Notes: a model not told the origin generated them from the letters alone. A stretch of 52,896 nucleotides of DNA from Folioceros fuciformis (GCA_049999805.1 JBNGIO010005683.1:41285-94180), one strand, 5' to 3'; numbered from the stretch's first letter, positions 36,242 to 49,965 are shown. Numbers and translations are program-made.

Positions 36242-38072
36242 CTACCCTGCGAGTCTATACCTGTTGAGAGTTGTCTTTCCCAAGTACTTAAACACGGGTG
36301 ACAACACCTTGTTGCACATCCGGGTGCTGTACTCTGCATAGGTGAAAGGCTTGTAAAGCTGGGGATGTTCAGAAGTGACCAGCTCCGGTGGAGGGGTAAC
36401 TCTCGTCTCGTCTGATGGGGTCAAGTAGTAACCCATCGTCAGCCATGTTGTGCTTTCGTTCACGACGGCTCGATGCTCCACGCTCACGTATCTATCATTG
36501 CTGAACACCTGGCACCGCAGGAGGCAAGCGAGGGCATATCAAGCTTGTCATCTACTCTGCCCTAACGAACCACCTTAAGAGCACAGACTTTCAACACTGG
36601 CAGGTGGCTACATGGCATCATGTGAAGCGTAGAGTGTTAACACTTCAGGTGCTGATGGCTAAAAAGATCCCACCAGCACCTGCTTGTAGACAGGTAGAGG
36701 ACTAAAAAGCTATGCATACCACTGTGACAGCTGGCAGACTTGCAAACTGGCCAACCACAACCATGGAGAGACCAAGGAGCAGTGACCAAACGCAGAGACT
36801 CTACATACCTGTAGAGCATCACCAATGTTGACAACAAACGAATCGGCCCGTGAGTGCACCGGGATCCATTTACCATCTTTCTTCACTTGCAAGCCTGCCA
36901 CTTCATCAGGATGCACAATCGCAAGAACTTGGATATCTGTTAGCGGACTGGAACCATAGGTGGCGGAGGGCTGTGGGCATGGCAGGTAGTAATTGAACCT
37001 AACGGTGGAAGATCCAGGAACAAAGACCTTGTCCAAAAAGTGAGGATCCCTCGCTCCCAAAGCGGCTGTGAGAATCTCCAGAAGCTGCATGGCAAGCGTA
37101 GAGACCGACTTGACGTAGGCTCCCACGACACTACTGTTGCCAAGGCACAAACAAGCAGTGAGAGACTGTAGGGAGCGCAAGTGCGCAACAAGGGTACATC
37201 CAATACTTTACCCCCATGGATGGTCCATGAGGTGGCAGGGATTTGATGTGACAAGCTTTAGCCAGCTTTTCAAACCCGGAGCCTATGAAGCTTGAAACGG
37301 CGTGTGGTGGTCCTGGGCGTTAGACAATCTAAGGCGAATCATGTACGGCATGTCTCACGACAGTGTCTGACATTTTTTCCCTTTCCATACTCACCCATTC
37401 TTCCACCTTGTAATAGAAGGGAAATAGGTCCTATTTACCCAGGAAACCTACTCCAGAGGTGCATCAGCAGGCAGCGAGCAAGGGGCAGTAGTGCGATAAC
37501 TTGGGTGGGGTGCAGGTATACCTGAATTCATCGTTCCCTTCAGGCCACACCTTCCGTGCACTATCCACCAAGCTCTCCTCCGTAGCACTGATCGCCAGCC
37601 CTTCCTGCCACAGGAAACCAGACGTACGATTTCCTCCGCACGCGTAACCCATCAGGCTGTTGGGAGGCGAGAAAATCCGGGCCTTTTGGGAGAAGGGCAG
37701 GGAGAAGAACCGGAAAACCTGCTGCCGGGCTCCTTGGACGAGCTCTGCGGGAATTCCGTGATTGATAACCTGGAAGCAACCCCACTCCTTGCTCGATCTG
37801 ACGATGTCGGCAACCAGCCTGTCGCGCTGAGGCGTGCCTGCCTCCATCCCAAGAGGAGCGAGATCAAAAATGGGCACACTCGGGTGCTCCTCTCCAGGTC
37901 CAGGTTCATCCGATTGGCCTCGCTCTCTCAGCACAAACACATCAGGCACCGTGTCCGAGTCATCACGCAGCAGCGAGGCCACCAGATTCCCCGTGGCCAC
38001 CTTCATGTAGCTGGGGGCATCCTCCTGCGACCCCCGATCCGAGCCCCATCTCACACCCTCCTGCGAGCTCAT
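36242..38072 (-). CDS. 2OG/Fe(II) dioxygenase paralog with substituted catalytic residues; exons 38072-37522, 37133-36809, 36508-36242
   Basis: Same domain and intron positions as 30964-32366, and the spliced frame is open. HxD is LTD (CTA at 36943-36941) and RxS is WLT (TGG at 36445-36443). Confidence 0.85.
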
Positions 38073-39925
38073 GCCTGAAGCTAGCCAGCTAGCACCAGAA
38101 ATTGCCCTCGCTGACCCGCCTCGCCAAAGCTCAGTGCACCGCCATGGCGACCCGAACCCAAATACCCGCCCTCTCTTGGGAGCACCCTCAAGTCAAAGCT
38201 CACCCCCGGCCCACAGACCCCGCGGCCAGGCAATGCCCGCAACCCTGCGCAGCAGGCGGCTGCGGCGAAGATGCTCAGCTGGCGGCTTGCGGGCAGTGGG
38301 AGCCGGCGTACCCTACCCGGGCCACATCCAGGACGCAGTAGCGATCAAATCCGAGTGGCACGGATGAATGGCGCAGCGGCTCAGCTCTTCGTCCCCCATG
38401 TTGGCCAACTTGGGCGGCACGCACTCACCCTCGACGTCGCATTCGCATGGCAGAGAGGCCGCGCCAGCGGAAGCTCGGCCTTCCCAAGGGCGATCGGATC
38501 GCCAGCCGGCACTGAGGTCCCTTCAAGCCAGGATACGGTAAAGGATCGTTCCTTCCACTCCCATCCGAGGGAGGGAGGCAGGACTAGAGTCCTGACCAAG
38601 ACTGCCCACTTGACCCATGTGCAGGAGCCTAGAGCTGGAGCTGTGTCACTTTTGGAGCTCGTCAGTGGCGGGTCTCCAAGGTGCTTCTGGAATCCAGCAG
38701 GCCGCATCCATTCCATGCCCGCCTCTTCACACCCTTATCATTACGCACACCTGTACATACTTGTTTTTATTTCACTCGTCGAGAGGGTTCGCCTGAGCAC
38801 GCAAGATACGAGCTGGACACGCGTCCTCGTGGACCTGCAAACGCGCTGTCGTAGTGGGCTGCACCGACCGCGTGTCCACCATACCTCTCCGGCTCCGGAT
38901 TCTTTTGGGTCTGTCCGCTGCGTCGGGTTTCAGCGCTTGCGCCGGGCCCCTGCTGCTGCTGCTGGTGCCGCGTCACATTGGCCGCCGCCGATGGCCTGCA
39001 CGTCTCGTTATGATCCATTTCGTGGCATGGAAAATCTGGGTTGCAGGCGCGGGAAACACAACACAAGTTTCATCCATTAGGATTTCATTTGTTCAAGTCC
39101 AAGCAAGGGGTTGTTCATGCATTAGGGCCATAGTTTCGCTCCATCCCTCTCCTCATCGGGGATGGAGCGAAACTAAACTTGGCATGACAAGAGGAAGTGA
39201 TGCTCATCGTATACTTCTTTGAGAGGGGAGCGCTGATGTAATCGTTGTGCTACAAGGCAAATGTCCCCTACCCAATGTGCGTAAAAGCTTGTATTCCCGA
39301 AGCCTACATTTGGCTAGCTCTAAGACTTGCACACGGCGGGAGGTTGCACCGCAGGTGGCATGGCCTCTTGTAAGTCTCTCCTTTGTCGCTCACCATACTT
39401 GGAGTAAAAGCTCATGTATATATTAAGGGCTTCTTATTCTCTAGCCACCTTTAAAGATTAAGATGCTAACTTTTGTCATGGAGGATATTGGAATTCCGTT
39501 CTTTTTTTTTCATGAAACAGTATATTGGTTTCCTTTTATAGCTTGGACACTCTTTCGTCTTGGTAGCCTCTTATTATCCATGCCTAGGATTCTTGAGCAG
39601 AAGTTTGAGTATGGTGTAGTGCATGGAGCTCAAAAGGGGATACTCCAACTTTAGCTAGTATATTAGCTCAGCAACATTGAAATGATGCTAAGGTGCTCTA
39701 CAAGGAAATCTTCTTGGATTTTTTTTTTTCATGAGAAAGCTGGATTAGAATTTCAAGCAAAAGCTCTAAGTAGAAGTTTTGCATTCAGCAATTGTCTTTA
39801 CTCAATATTGATCACTCTCATATGCATAATTTGTGTTTCCACCTAGGTCCTATATGATAGGTCTTGCTCATAGAAGATAACATTGTAGCTCTTTAATTTG
39901 GTCAATAGGGCAATTGACAGCATAT

Positions 39926-40252
39926 TGTAGGATCACTAGAGGAGCATGGTGGAGGAGAGGAGAAGAGGAGGCAAAGAGGAGAGGAGAAAAAGAAGTCACA
40001 TTGAGAGTAGTTGGCAAGGGAGCTCAAGGGGGTATTTATACCCTCTAGAAGAGCTCCCTAGGAAGCTTCACAAGAAGCTCACAGGAAGCTGCACAAGAAG
40101 CTTCCTACAGATTAGCTTAAGCTAATCTAAACTAATGATACTTAACTAGACACTAATCTTAGACTAAACACATTAGTCTAAGCACATTAACTAGACACTA
40201 ATCTTAGACTAAACACATTAGCCTAAGCACATTGGGCTTTAATAAACCTACA
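39926..40252 (-). mobile_element. 3' LTR of a Ty1/copia element (element B)
   Basis: TGTAGG...CCTACA inverted termini. Adjacent polypurine tract (AAGTGGGAGGT on minus) between RNase H and LTR. Internal 45-bp duplication. Confidence 0.85.
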
Positions 40253-40294
40253 ACCTCCCACTTAAAGGTCAATTTACCTTCATAAGAGAGTGGT

Positions 40295-40836
40295 CTAGCT
40301 CATGCCCGGAAGTGTCCAAGCTTGTGCGAATTGCTCCGTAGAGAGCCCCTTGGTAAGAACATCTGCAGGGTTCTGACTGGTGTGAACTTTGACAAGCTGT
40401 ACCCTCTTGTCTTCCAACACCTCTCGAATGAAGTGATACTTCACTTCCACATGTTTGGTCTTCACATGAAACACTGGATTCTTCGCCAACTGGATAGCAC
40501 TCTGGCTATCACAATGCAATACTGGCAGCTCACCCTTGATCCCCAAATCTTCCACTAAACGAGCAAGCCACATGGCTTCCTTGCAAGCCTTAGTCGCTGC
40601 AACATACTCGGCCTCTGTGGTAGATAGCGTTATGCACGATTGCAAACGAGATCGCCATGAGACTGCCCCTCCAGTGCACATGAAGACATAACCTGATGTG
40701 GACCTCCTTTTGTCCATATCCCCTGCATAATCAGCATTCGTATATCCCACTACAGATGCATCTTCACTACCAAAGCATAAGCACAAAGCCTTTGTACTAT
40801 TCAAATACCTCATAACTCCTTTCACTACCTCCCAAT
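40295..40836 (-). mobile_element. Copia element B RNase H, near intact
   Basis: GYTNADYAGD...RRSTSGY...SWRSRLQ...LSTTEAEY...CDSQSAI...NPVFH.KTKH...NPADVLTK. Cut by N-gap 40837-40846. Confidence 0.92.
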
Positions 40837-40846
40837 NNNNNNNNNN

Positions 40847-40900
40847 TAATCTTAGACTAAACACATTAGCCTAAGCACATTGGGCTTTAATAACCCTACA
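40847..40900 (-). mobile_element. Terminal 54 bp of a second element-B LTR
   Basis: Near-identical to 40199-40252, ending CCTACA. Confidence 0.85.
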
Positions 40901-43900
40901 CGTGAAACATAGGATTTTTCGACAAGTCAATGGCAAATAAATTATCGCACCATAGTTGAGTTGGTCTTGGTTGTACTTGCTACAGTCTTGTCAAAAAACT
41001 CCGTACCCATAAGATCTCCTTGGCAGCATGAGTCATGGCCCCATACTCAGCCTTAGTCGAAGATAAACAAATGGTGTTCAACTTCTTAGAAGACCAAGAT
41101 ATAAGAGATACTCTGAGAAACATACAATAACTTGCCACACTTTTTCTGGTGTTTGGGTCACTAGCCCAGTCTGCATCACAGTATGCTAAGAGCTGAAGTC
41201 CATCCTTATGCTTATCAAAACGTAGTCCCTTCCTTGGAGTACCGTTCAAGTATTGAAAAATCCTCTTGACTGCCATCCAATGAACCAAACCTGGGTTTTA
41301 TAAGAACTAACTGACAGTGCCTACAACTCTTGTAATATCTGGTCTGGTCCAATTTGACAAATAAACCAGTGACCCCACAGCCTGCTTATATGGCTTAATA
41401 GCCATTTCCAGCTTTTGTGCTTCTAAAGTGGGACACTGCTGAAGGGATAGTTTCTCTCCTACGCTCATGGGGGTAGCAATTGGACGTGCATCTGCCATAT
41501 TGAATCTTCATAAAAGCTGGTGCAAAAAATGTTCCTCGTGCACATTAATATTGCTATCTTTCCCGTTGAAGTGGAACTGAACTCCTAGGGAAAAGCTAAG
41601 TTGTCCTAAATCACTCATTTCGAATCTAGATAGTAACACTTGCTTAACCTTATTCATCAAGCTAGTAGATGTGCTGAAAAGGATATTATCATCAACATAG
41701 ATAGCCGAAATAAGAAAATCAGCTTCATCACACAGCATGTAAACGCTATTGTAAGCATCCAAACATGTAAAGCCAAGCTCCATAAGTAGTTCATGAAAAA
41801 CTGCATTCCAAGCACAAGAGGATTGCTTGAGGCCATATAATGTTTTTAGTAATTTGCATACTTTGTTACCGTCCACCTCATATCCTTCAGGTTGGAACAT
41901 AAAAATATCTTCTTCTAAGAGACCATTCAAAAAAGTAGTTTTTACATCAAGTTGGTGCACTAATATGTTGTAATTGGTAGCAAGAGCTAGGAGGATTCTA
42001 ATAGAGGTGGATTTGACAACAGGCGAGAAGGTTTCGTTGTAATCCAGACCAAGTACTTGATTGTAACCTTTCGCCACAAGGCAAGCTTTATATCTCCCTA
42101 CAGTCCCGTCTGTGTTAAGTTTTTTCTTGAAAACTCACTTGCAAGCTATGGGTTTCCTTCCAAGAGGAAGAGGCACCAGCTCCCAAGTATGATTTTGAAT
42201 TAAGGATTTATATTCAGATTTTATGGCTTGTTTCCACTGGGAAGATTTAGGACCTTCAACATCTTCTTTGTATGTGGTAAAATCTCCCAAAGAAGTAGCG
42301 ACACTTAGGGCTATGTCCTGAGAAGTAAGAGCAACAAACTCACCTTTCCACTTCCACACGTCAATAGGTTTTCTTACCCATTCTCAATGACAGACTGGTG
42401 AATCTTCTATGGGTTCTGTTATGGGATCAGTTTTTGTGACTAAAGGCTTTGGAGGCTCCAGCTACTCAGGAGGGACAGCTGTATTACTGTCATGCTAGTC
42501 AACAATATCAAAGGAATTAGTAGAAGGCTCTTTTATAGGAGGTAAGGAAGTAACAGCAGCAGGTAAGCTATTCCCTTGCGATCCCATTGGAGAATCATCC
42601 TCAAAAAGAGTATCACCTGAAGTATGAGTATCAGGAACACCATAAAGTGAAGGAGAAGTAGGTGGAGCAATGGGCAACAAATTTGCAGCATGGCATCGAA
42701 GTAGTATAGATTCATTGAAAACAACACTACGACCTATAATGAGTTGCCGTGTAGAGGGATCATAAAGTTTGTACTCTTTTACATCTTCTAAATAGCCCAC
42801 AAAGATATATCGTGTTGCTTTGGAGTTAAGCTTGGTCCTTAAAGTTGATGGCACAAGTGCATATGCTGGAGAGCCAAAGATTCGTAAATGCTTCACTCAA
42901 GGCTTTTTACCTATCCATCTGTCGTATGGAGTGATTTGACCAAGCTCCTTGGAAGGCAAATGATTTTGCACGTAATTGGCTGCCATGAGGGCCTCGGCCC
43001 AATATCCTCGAGTTAGTACAGCAAAATTCAAGGAGGCCAAAGTGGCTTTACTGAAGCAAAAGCTTTACTGGTATATTCGCCTCCATTGTGAATGTGAAGA
43101 GTTCGAACCTAGGGTCCAATCTGTCTTTGAGCATAAGTAACATAATGTTTAAAGTTGTCAAGTGTTTCACTCTTATTACGAAGAAGGAAAACTATGCAAA
43201 ATCTGATCCATTTATCTATGAACATTAGAAAATAAGAGGCACCACCAAAGGAGATCGTCGACGTGGGTCCACAAATATTATTGTGGATAGTATGTAAGAG
43301 CGCATCTACTCTTGTAGGAAAGTGGTCCTTAAAGGAAGGGTTTAGGGTTTACTAAGTTTGCATGCTTTGCAGAAGACAGCCCCCTCAAAGTGGAAATCAA
43401 GTGGTTCATGGAAAACTCTCACTTTTGTTTAGTGTAGACAGACGCTGGAAGTTTATGTGATCAAGTCTACAATGCCAAAGTTGGGTGTTTGAATTTGATT
43501 GTGTGTACACACTAAGAGCTAGTGTAGATATGACATTTAGTAAATACAACTCGTTAAAGAGAGTTCCAATGAACATGGTTTTACTAGTCCTCACATAAGA
43601 AATGACACAACCTTTAATGTCGAAACATACTTGGCAATGATGTTCTTGGGTTAACTTCATGATTGACATAAGATTTTTTTTTTCATGGTTGGCACAAACA
43701 AAACATTGGATAATGTAAGGCTGCCTAGGGTTAGTAAATGTAAAGTGATTATACCTAAACCCTTAATAGAAAGGCCGTTGTCATCTCCTAAAAGCACAAA
43801 TTGCTTATCATCATCAGCTGGAGTGAAGTGATTGAAAGACTTCCTATGAAAGCAAATATGACTGGTTGCCCCAGAGTCTAGGAACCAGTATCAAAGGAGG

Positions 43901-44905
43901 ACTGAACTGAAGAAAGACAAACTGCTAATATGGTGGGCTGCCTGGCTTTAATAGACAGGTTACTCTCAACTGGAAGAATATCCTTGCGAGGTTCTCTAGC
44001 TTTTTTCTTTCTGCAATCTCCTTCGAGGTGTCCCAGTATCTTACACCAGTTGCATGTAAAAGACTTATTTTGAGTGTTGGGGAACCTTTGTTGTTATCCT
44101 GAAGATGAGTAGCCTCAACCTCTGCCTCGACCACGAAAACCACCTCTACCTCTCGAGGGAGGAAAAAAGCACTCTTGTGTTGTTGGTAGTAGCTCCACAT
44201 GTCTTGTGTGCAATTCAAAGAGAAGTGCACCTAAAACTTCTTCGAGAGAGATATCAGGTGTCTTGGATGCACCCGCTGCTTGGACTGCCATGTGAATGGT
44301 TGCATTTTGGCTTCCAACAAAATTCTGGTAGCTTTCTAGAAGCGAGGCTAACAAGCTGACATCAGCTTGTACCCTAGGGAGGATGTTTTCATAGTATGCC
44401 AAATTGGCTCTACAAGTCCGAAACTTGTTAATATAAGCTTCGACAAGCTCTTCTTCCTTCATCCTTAAGTTGAAAAATTCCCTATACACCTATACTAGGG
44501 ATGCTGAGCTTTTATCCTAGTAGATCTTGCTTAAACAGTTTCCACACATCAGCAGCATTAACAGCATTAACAGCACCTGTGGTGTGAGGAATCATGTTTC
44601 TATTTAGGACAGCGATAAGAATAGACCTAGCACGTCTATCTTTACGTTCCCACTCAAGCTACTCATCAATAGTTCTAGGGGGAACTTTCATCTTTGAGTC
44701 TGACCCATATGCTTTCTGCATAAGCTCATTCTCTTCTAGGATCTGGTTTAGTATTAATGCCTAGATATTATAATGCACACCATTAAATCTATCTTCGTCT
44801 CTAAATTCTATTTTGAGAGAAGGCAAAGAGGTTGGATTCGACATAGTTACAGGAGTTACAAGGTTAGTGACCAACTGTCTAGCTCTATACAAGAGGACTG
44901 CAGGT
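40901..44905 (-). mobile_element. Degenerate Ty1/copia gag-pol (element C; same family as element A)
   Basis: gag (LKIEFRDEDRFNG, SQNATI shared with element A), protease (WFLDSGATSHI), integrase remnants, RT (QLDVKTTFLNG, LYGLKQ, YVDD) and RNase H (AYCDADWA). Many stops and frameshifts. Confidence 0.92.
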
Positions 44906-47900
44906 GAAAAATCCCACAAAAAAAAAAAAACGCAAGTGTGTAAACCCAGCGATGGAGGGGGCACCAGTAAGGGGTTAGTTCGGTGGCTCAATGGAGGCGT
45001 TGAGCCCCCCGCCTCCATTGAGCCCCCCACGGGGGGCTCAGCAGGTGGCACATGGGCAGCAGTGGTCTGTTTGTGTTCTAATGAACAGAAGGTGTGGGGT
45101 AAAATGCAGTGTTGACGGAATCTAATCTTCCTGATGCTAGCCGGACAAAGGCAGCGACAGAGGAAGACTTGCAGTTACGGATACCTGAGGTGGACTTTGA
45201 TAAGGACACGTTCGGGTGGACACCACTCAGGATTATTCCTCGGGATCAGCAAAAGAAGGCTCAGGTTTGCAACTTGGTCCTTGGCGGACGTTCTCACTGA
45301 AGCGAGATATTTCCAAAAAGAGGAGGACGATCTCGCGGCTAGTTCGGTTGTAGGGAGGCTGATATCTGGAGGTCCTCCTACCGTGGGGGAATTGGAGGAG
45401 TGGGTGGTACAAGTAACGGGCTGTCCCCAACGTATGTCTTCTTGAAGGCAGATGGTTCTTTTCAGATTAAGTGCGACGAGGCAGCAGGAGCCCAGACCCT
45501 CTTGCAAACAACGGTGCCATTTCGAGGATCTGTCCCGGTGTTGGTGGAGGCTTGGACTCCTGGGAATACGATCATGCGATCTACAATCAAGCGGCATTTT
45601 TTATGGGTGAGTCTCCCGACCTTGCCTGTACAACTCGTCCCAATGATCCGCCAGATGTTGGGAGTTATTGGCAGGGTGGTGGAAGTGCCTAAGGTGGATT
45701 CTCACTTCTTCAATAGCAGTGAGCCGCCACGCTTTGGCTAGTCTTCTCGCCTTGCCGGAAGGGGTTGTCGTTCGGGATCCGGAGGATCCTGCCAAATGTT
45801 TCACTCAACTTTTGGATTACCCCGATTTGCCTATCAGGTGCGGAGTGTGTGGTGTGCACAACCATCTTAAGCAGAGTTGTCCGATTCGGGGTGGAAAGGG
45901 ATGTGGGAGTGACAATGCTGAGACAGTGCCCTCAGGCCCACTGCTGGGTTTTAAAGGTGCTCCTAAGAGGTCTTGGAGGACTAATCCTGGAGTGCAGCAA
46001 TAGGCAAGTAAAGTACAGCAAGATTTCTTTTCGGGGAGCGATGGTGTTAGCAGCACGCAGATCAAATTGTGCGTGCTCCTGAGGAAGAAGGTGGACAAAG
46101 CTTCTTTCTACTGGATGCCGAAGGTGGGGGAGCTGAGGGCCTTGCCTACACGCTCCTTCTAGATAGGGACATGGTCTGGGGATCAGTTTCCTGCGCTGTG
46201 GAATTCCGTTAAGTTGAAAGTAAGGGGCATGCTACAGGCGGGCATGGGATTTGAGGAGCAGGCGGGCATGGGATTTGAGGAGCAAGTTGCGAGAAGGGCT
46301 CTTATAGAAGCACGGCACAGTATGGTGTGTCACAGGCTGGAGGATAGCTCCTCTATCTTATATATCAACACACAGATTGAGTTGAGTGAGGAGTATCTCC
46401 ACGATGTTAGTGTGGCGCAGTGGTTGGGGGAGCCTCAGGTTCTGGCTTGTATTAAGGATGCAAAGTTTGGCAAAGGGAGAGTTACTCTCGCATCCAGGGT
46501 GGTATTTAAGGCACACCTTGGTTTTTTGGGTCTTCTCAAGGCCCCGATCTCGATCAAACTCCCAGGCACCTTGGAACTAAGATGGGGAGAAGACTTTGTG
46601 GTGGAAGGTGCTGTACCTATGGAGGAGGACCCTAGCAACGTGCAGCCCAATCAGATGGTAAGCTCTTCCCCAGCAAGAGAGCTCAGTGTTCCTGCTAAGG
46701 AGATCAGCGATGCAAGCGGGGAACCTGCTCAAAGGAGGGACGATAAGGTGGCAACCCAGCAAAGGTTGAGCCAGTCCCGCACACCTGTGAACCAGAGACC
46801 GGAGCAGAACTCAAGGCTGGACACTCACGGGGGAAGTCTGAGGGAGTACCAAACCCCCAAGGCTGGGGAACGCACAAGACTTAGAGCTAGGCTGGAGTTT
46901 GATGAGCGGGTGCCACATCAGAAGGGTGTTGAGGACGGCGTGAGTATCCCAGACTGTATGCAGGCGTTTGGAGCAGAGATTAGTCAGGAATATTTTGAAG
47001 GAACAGAGGCAAAGGGTGCTCCTACGGCTCAACGAGGTGATGAGGATTATCCAAGGGACGAGTTACATGAAAGGGGCAGGGTGGCTCAGGAAGGAGACAC
47101 CGGGGTATCACCGGGTGTGTGGAAAAGCATAGGGAAGCCGGCTCAGGATGGAGCAGGGCCTAGAAAGTCGCGGGAGAAGTACTCCGTCGGTGTGGAAAAG
47201 GGTGGACAGGCGGGTGATCCTTCAGATCTGGCGGCAACAGCAGGCCTCGCAGGAGGGGTCGGGTATCAGTCCTAACTTGGAACGATCAGTCCGTCTTGCT
47301 TCCGAGACTGAAGAGGAGTGGAACGGGGAGGTTGAGTCGGAGATCCAACTTGCTGGAGGAACCGGAGCCTTGGACCAGACAAAGCGAAGCCGGTCAGGGC
47401 TCAACTGGGTGTAGGATTACGTGACCCATTACTGAGGATCGACGGGGTTTCTCGGTTTGAAGCTGGCCCACAATCTGGGCAGAATGTTGATATGGACCCC
47501 CCAGGGGTATGCTCACAGTACGAAGCCTCCCCGTCCCTGGAGGCGGGACGGGAGCGGGGTGGAGGCTGCCTGGGCTCAGGGGACAAGTTCTGCGAAGGCG
47601 CCCAAGGTGCTTTGGGCTTGGCTTCTACAGCTGGGATGAAGAGGACCTACATGTGGAGTCTGCTGCAGGGGGTGGAAGGTATGGATGGGAGTTTCAGGGC
47701 GATCAGTCGGTATCCAGAGCCAGCGAGGCCCAGGTCGAGTCCTTCTACGGAGGGGCGGCGTCTTCGCCTGATAGCGTCCCAGCCAACCTCAGTGTGCCTG
47801 AGGGGAGGAAAGTTAAGGAGATGGAGGCGCTGGACACAGTTGGGCAGGTCGTGGAGGCCCAGACATAGCAATTCCTGGCAGCGTTCATGGCTCCGATGGA

Positions 47901-48119
47901 TGAAGAATCACGCGACTTTTCTCTGCTGAACATCACGGGTGCGGGTGGGGAAGGTAGTACACAATCAAAGCTGGATGTTGCTAAGGATCCCTCAGGGGTT
48001 TTCTTGCAGGGCGCTTCCTCCCCGTTCCTGGAGGCGAGGCGGGAGCGGGTTGGAGTCTGTCATGAAGCTTGTGGCAGGCTTTGCGAGAGTAGCCAAGGTG
48101 CCGCAGGTTTGGATGTTTC

Positions 48120-49965
48120 AGCTGGGGGAGAAGAGATCTCGCATATAGAGCCTGGGGTAGAGATTCACCGATCAGGAAGGAGGCTCCAGGACGAGCAGCT
48201 AGGCCCCAGCGCCAACGGGGTCCATGTCGGGGCCTTTCAAGGTGAAGTGACGGATTCGACAGGACGCTCCACCGTCAAGCACCTGGCGAATGAGGTGATG
48301 GACATTCATGCGACGGAAGTGCTGGCCACAGGTGGGCAGGACGCGGTCGGGAGGCTGAAAGATCTCGCATCCAGTTTTGAGGAGGAAAAAGGTGCGCTTT
48401 TAGGCGGTGCCTCGGTCGCTGGCGCCGCCACGAGAGCACCCCCAAGGGTGAACTTGCATGGAGATTCTTCCTTGTCCATGGCGGCTTCTGGGACAATTCT
48501 AGGAGCTGCAAAGGCGGGAGACCAGGTGGAGGAAGAGGTCTGTGGACAGGGAGCGATTTCTGAAGAGCAGGACGAGTTGTGCATAGGTGGACGGGAAGTT
48601 GGAGAGGCAAAACCTCCCCCAGGCGCCAGGAACGAGGTGGGGAATTGGACTTATAAAGGCGATGTGACTGAGGCGGTTGCTGGCACAGGAGCAGTGTTGA
48701 GTCCCTCTGCTGAGGAGCCCAGGTTTCAAGGCTGGGAGATGAAGCTTCCTCCGGTCTCCAGCATGGAGCCGGGGTCTGGAACGCTGGTAAGGGTGGTGGG
48801 GGAAGCGAATGAAAAGGTCTCAAAGGTTGGACGCCAGCAGATTCTCAAGGGCCGGGAAATTCAGGCTAGACTTGGGGTAGCTCACAGGAATGGACTAAAA
48901 GCGTCCCCTGTCTCCAGGTTTGTAAAGGAAGGAAGGGCGTTCACTAGGAGGGGTGCAAATTCGGACACCGAAATTGGAACAGCAGCAGGCGCACCTGCTC
49001 AAGGGGTATGGGTGTACGGCTCGGAGTCGCTGCTGCCGCCGGATTCAGATGGGGGTGAAGAGGCCTCGCCTATCGAGTCGGGTGCAGGGAATTTTCGATC
49101 TGGACGGGGGCTCCAGGATGAGCAGCTAGATCTCGGCGAAAGCGGGGTCCAAGTTGGGGCTATTCAGGGTGATGTGATGGATCCGAAAAGAAGCTCCACC
49201 GTCAAGCACCTGGCAAACGAGGAGATGGATGCTGATGCTAAGGAAGCGTTGGTCTCAGGTGGACAGGAAGCGGAAGGGATGTTGACAAACCTTGCATCCC
49301 GGTCTGAGGGGGAGAATGGTGCGTTTCTAGGCGGTGCCTCGGTCGCTGACACCGATGCTAGAGCATCCCCGAGGGTGAGCCTACATGGCGCTTCCCTCTT
49401 GTTGAGGGCTGCTTCTGGGGCAATTCTAGGAGCTGTCATGGTTGGAGACCAGGTGGACGAAGAGGTTTGTGGCCAGGGGTTAGTCTCTGCTGTGCAGGAG
49501 GAGCTGTGCAAAGGTGGACAGGAGATTGGAGAGGCCAAACATCCCCCAGACGTCAGGAATGAGGTGGGGCATTGGGCGTTCCAAGGCGTTCAGAAAGAGG
49601 AGGTCACCGGCAAAGAAACACCAGCCGGTCCCTATGCTCAGGAGTCCAGGCCTCAAGGTTGGGAGACGCAGCTGCATTCAATCTGCAGCATGGAGCCGGG
49701 GTCTGGAACGCTGGTAAGGGTGGTGGGTGAAGCAGCTGATAAATCTTCCGAGGATGGCCGCCAGCAAATTCTCAGGGGCCGAGAGGTTCAGGCTAGCCTT
49801 GGGGTCGCCCACAGGAGTGGGTTAAAAGGGTCCCCTGTCTCCAGGAGTGTGGAGGAAGAGAGGGTGCTCACTAGGAAAGTAACAAATCCCGATACCGAGA
49901 CTGGAGCAACAACGGTTGCGTCTCCTCAGGGAGTATGGGTGCATGACTCGGAGTTGGTGTCGCTG
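48120..49965 (+). repeat. 927-bp in-frame tandem duplication inside the LINE-associated 709-aa ORF
   Basis: ctccagga(c/t)gagcagct at 48184 and 49111. Protein repeats RSGR.LQDEQL...STVKHLANE...SMEPGSGTLVRVVGEA...QGVWV. Confidence 0.9.

Noticed and set aside
1-38072. Biosynthetic gene cluster joining the acyltransferase-fold gene and the two dioxygenases
   Set aside because: They are ~30 kb apart, separated by unrelated genes and TEs, with no scaffold-forming enzyme in the window.
38271-39080. 269-aa ORF upstream of the second dioxygenase
   Set aside because: No recognisable domain or consistent exon model. Probably GC-rich promoter/UTR DNA.
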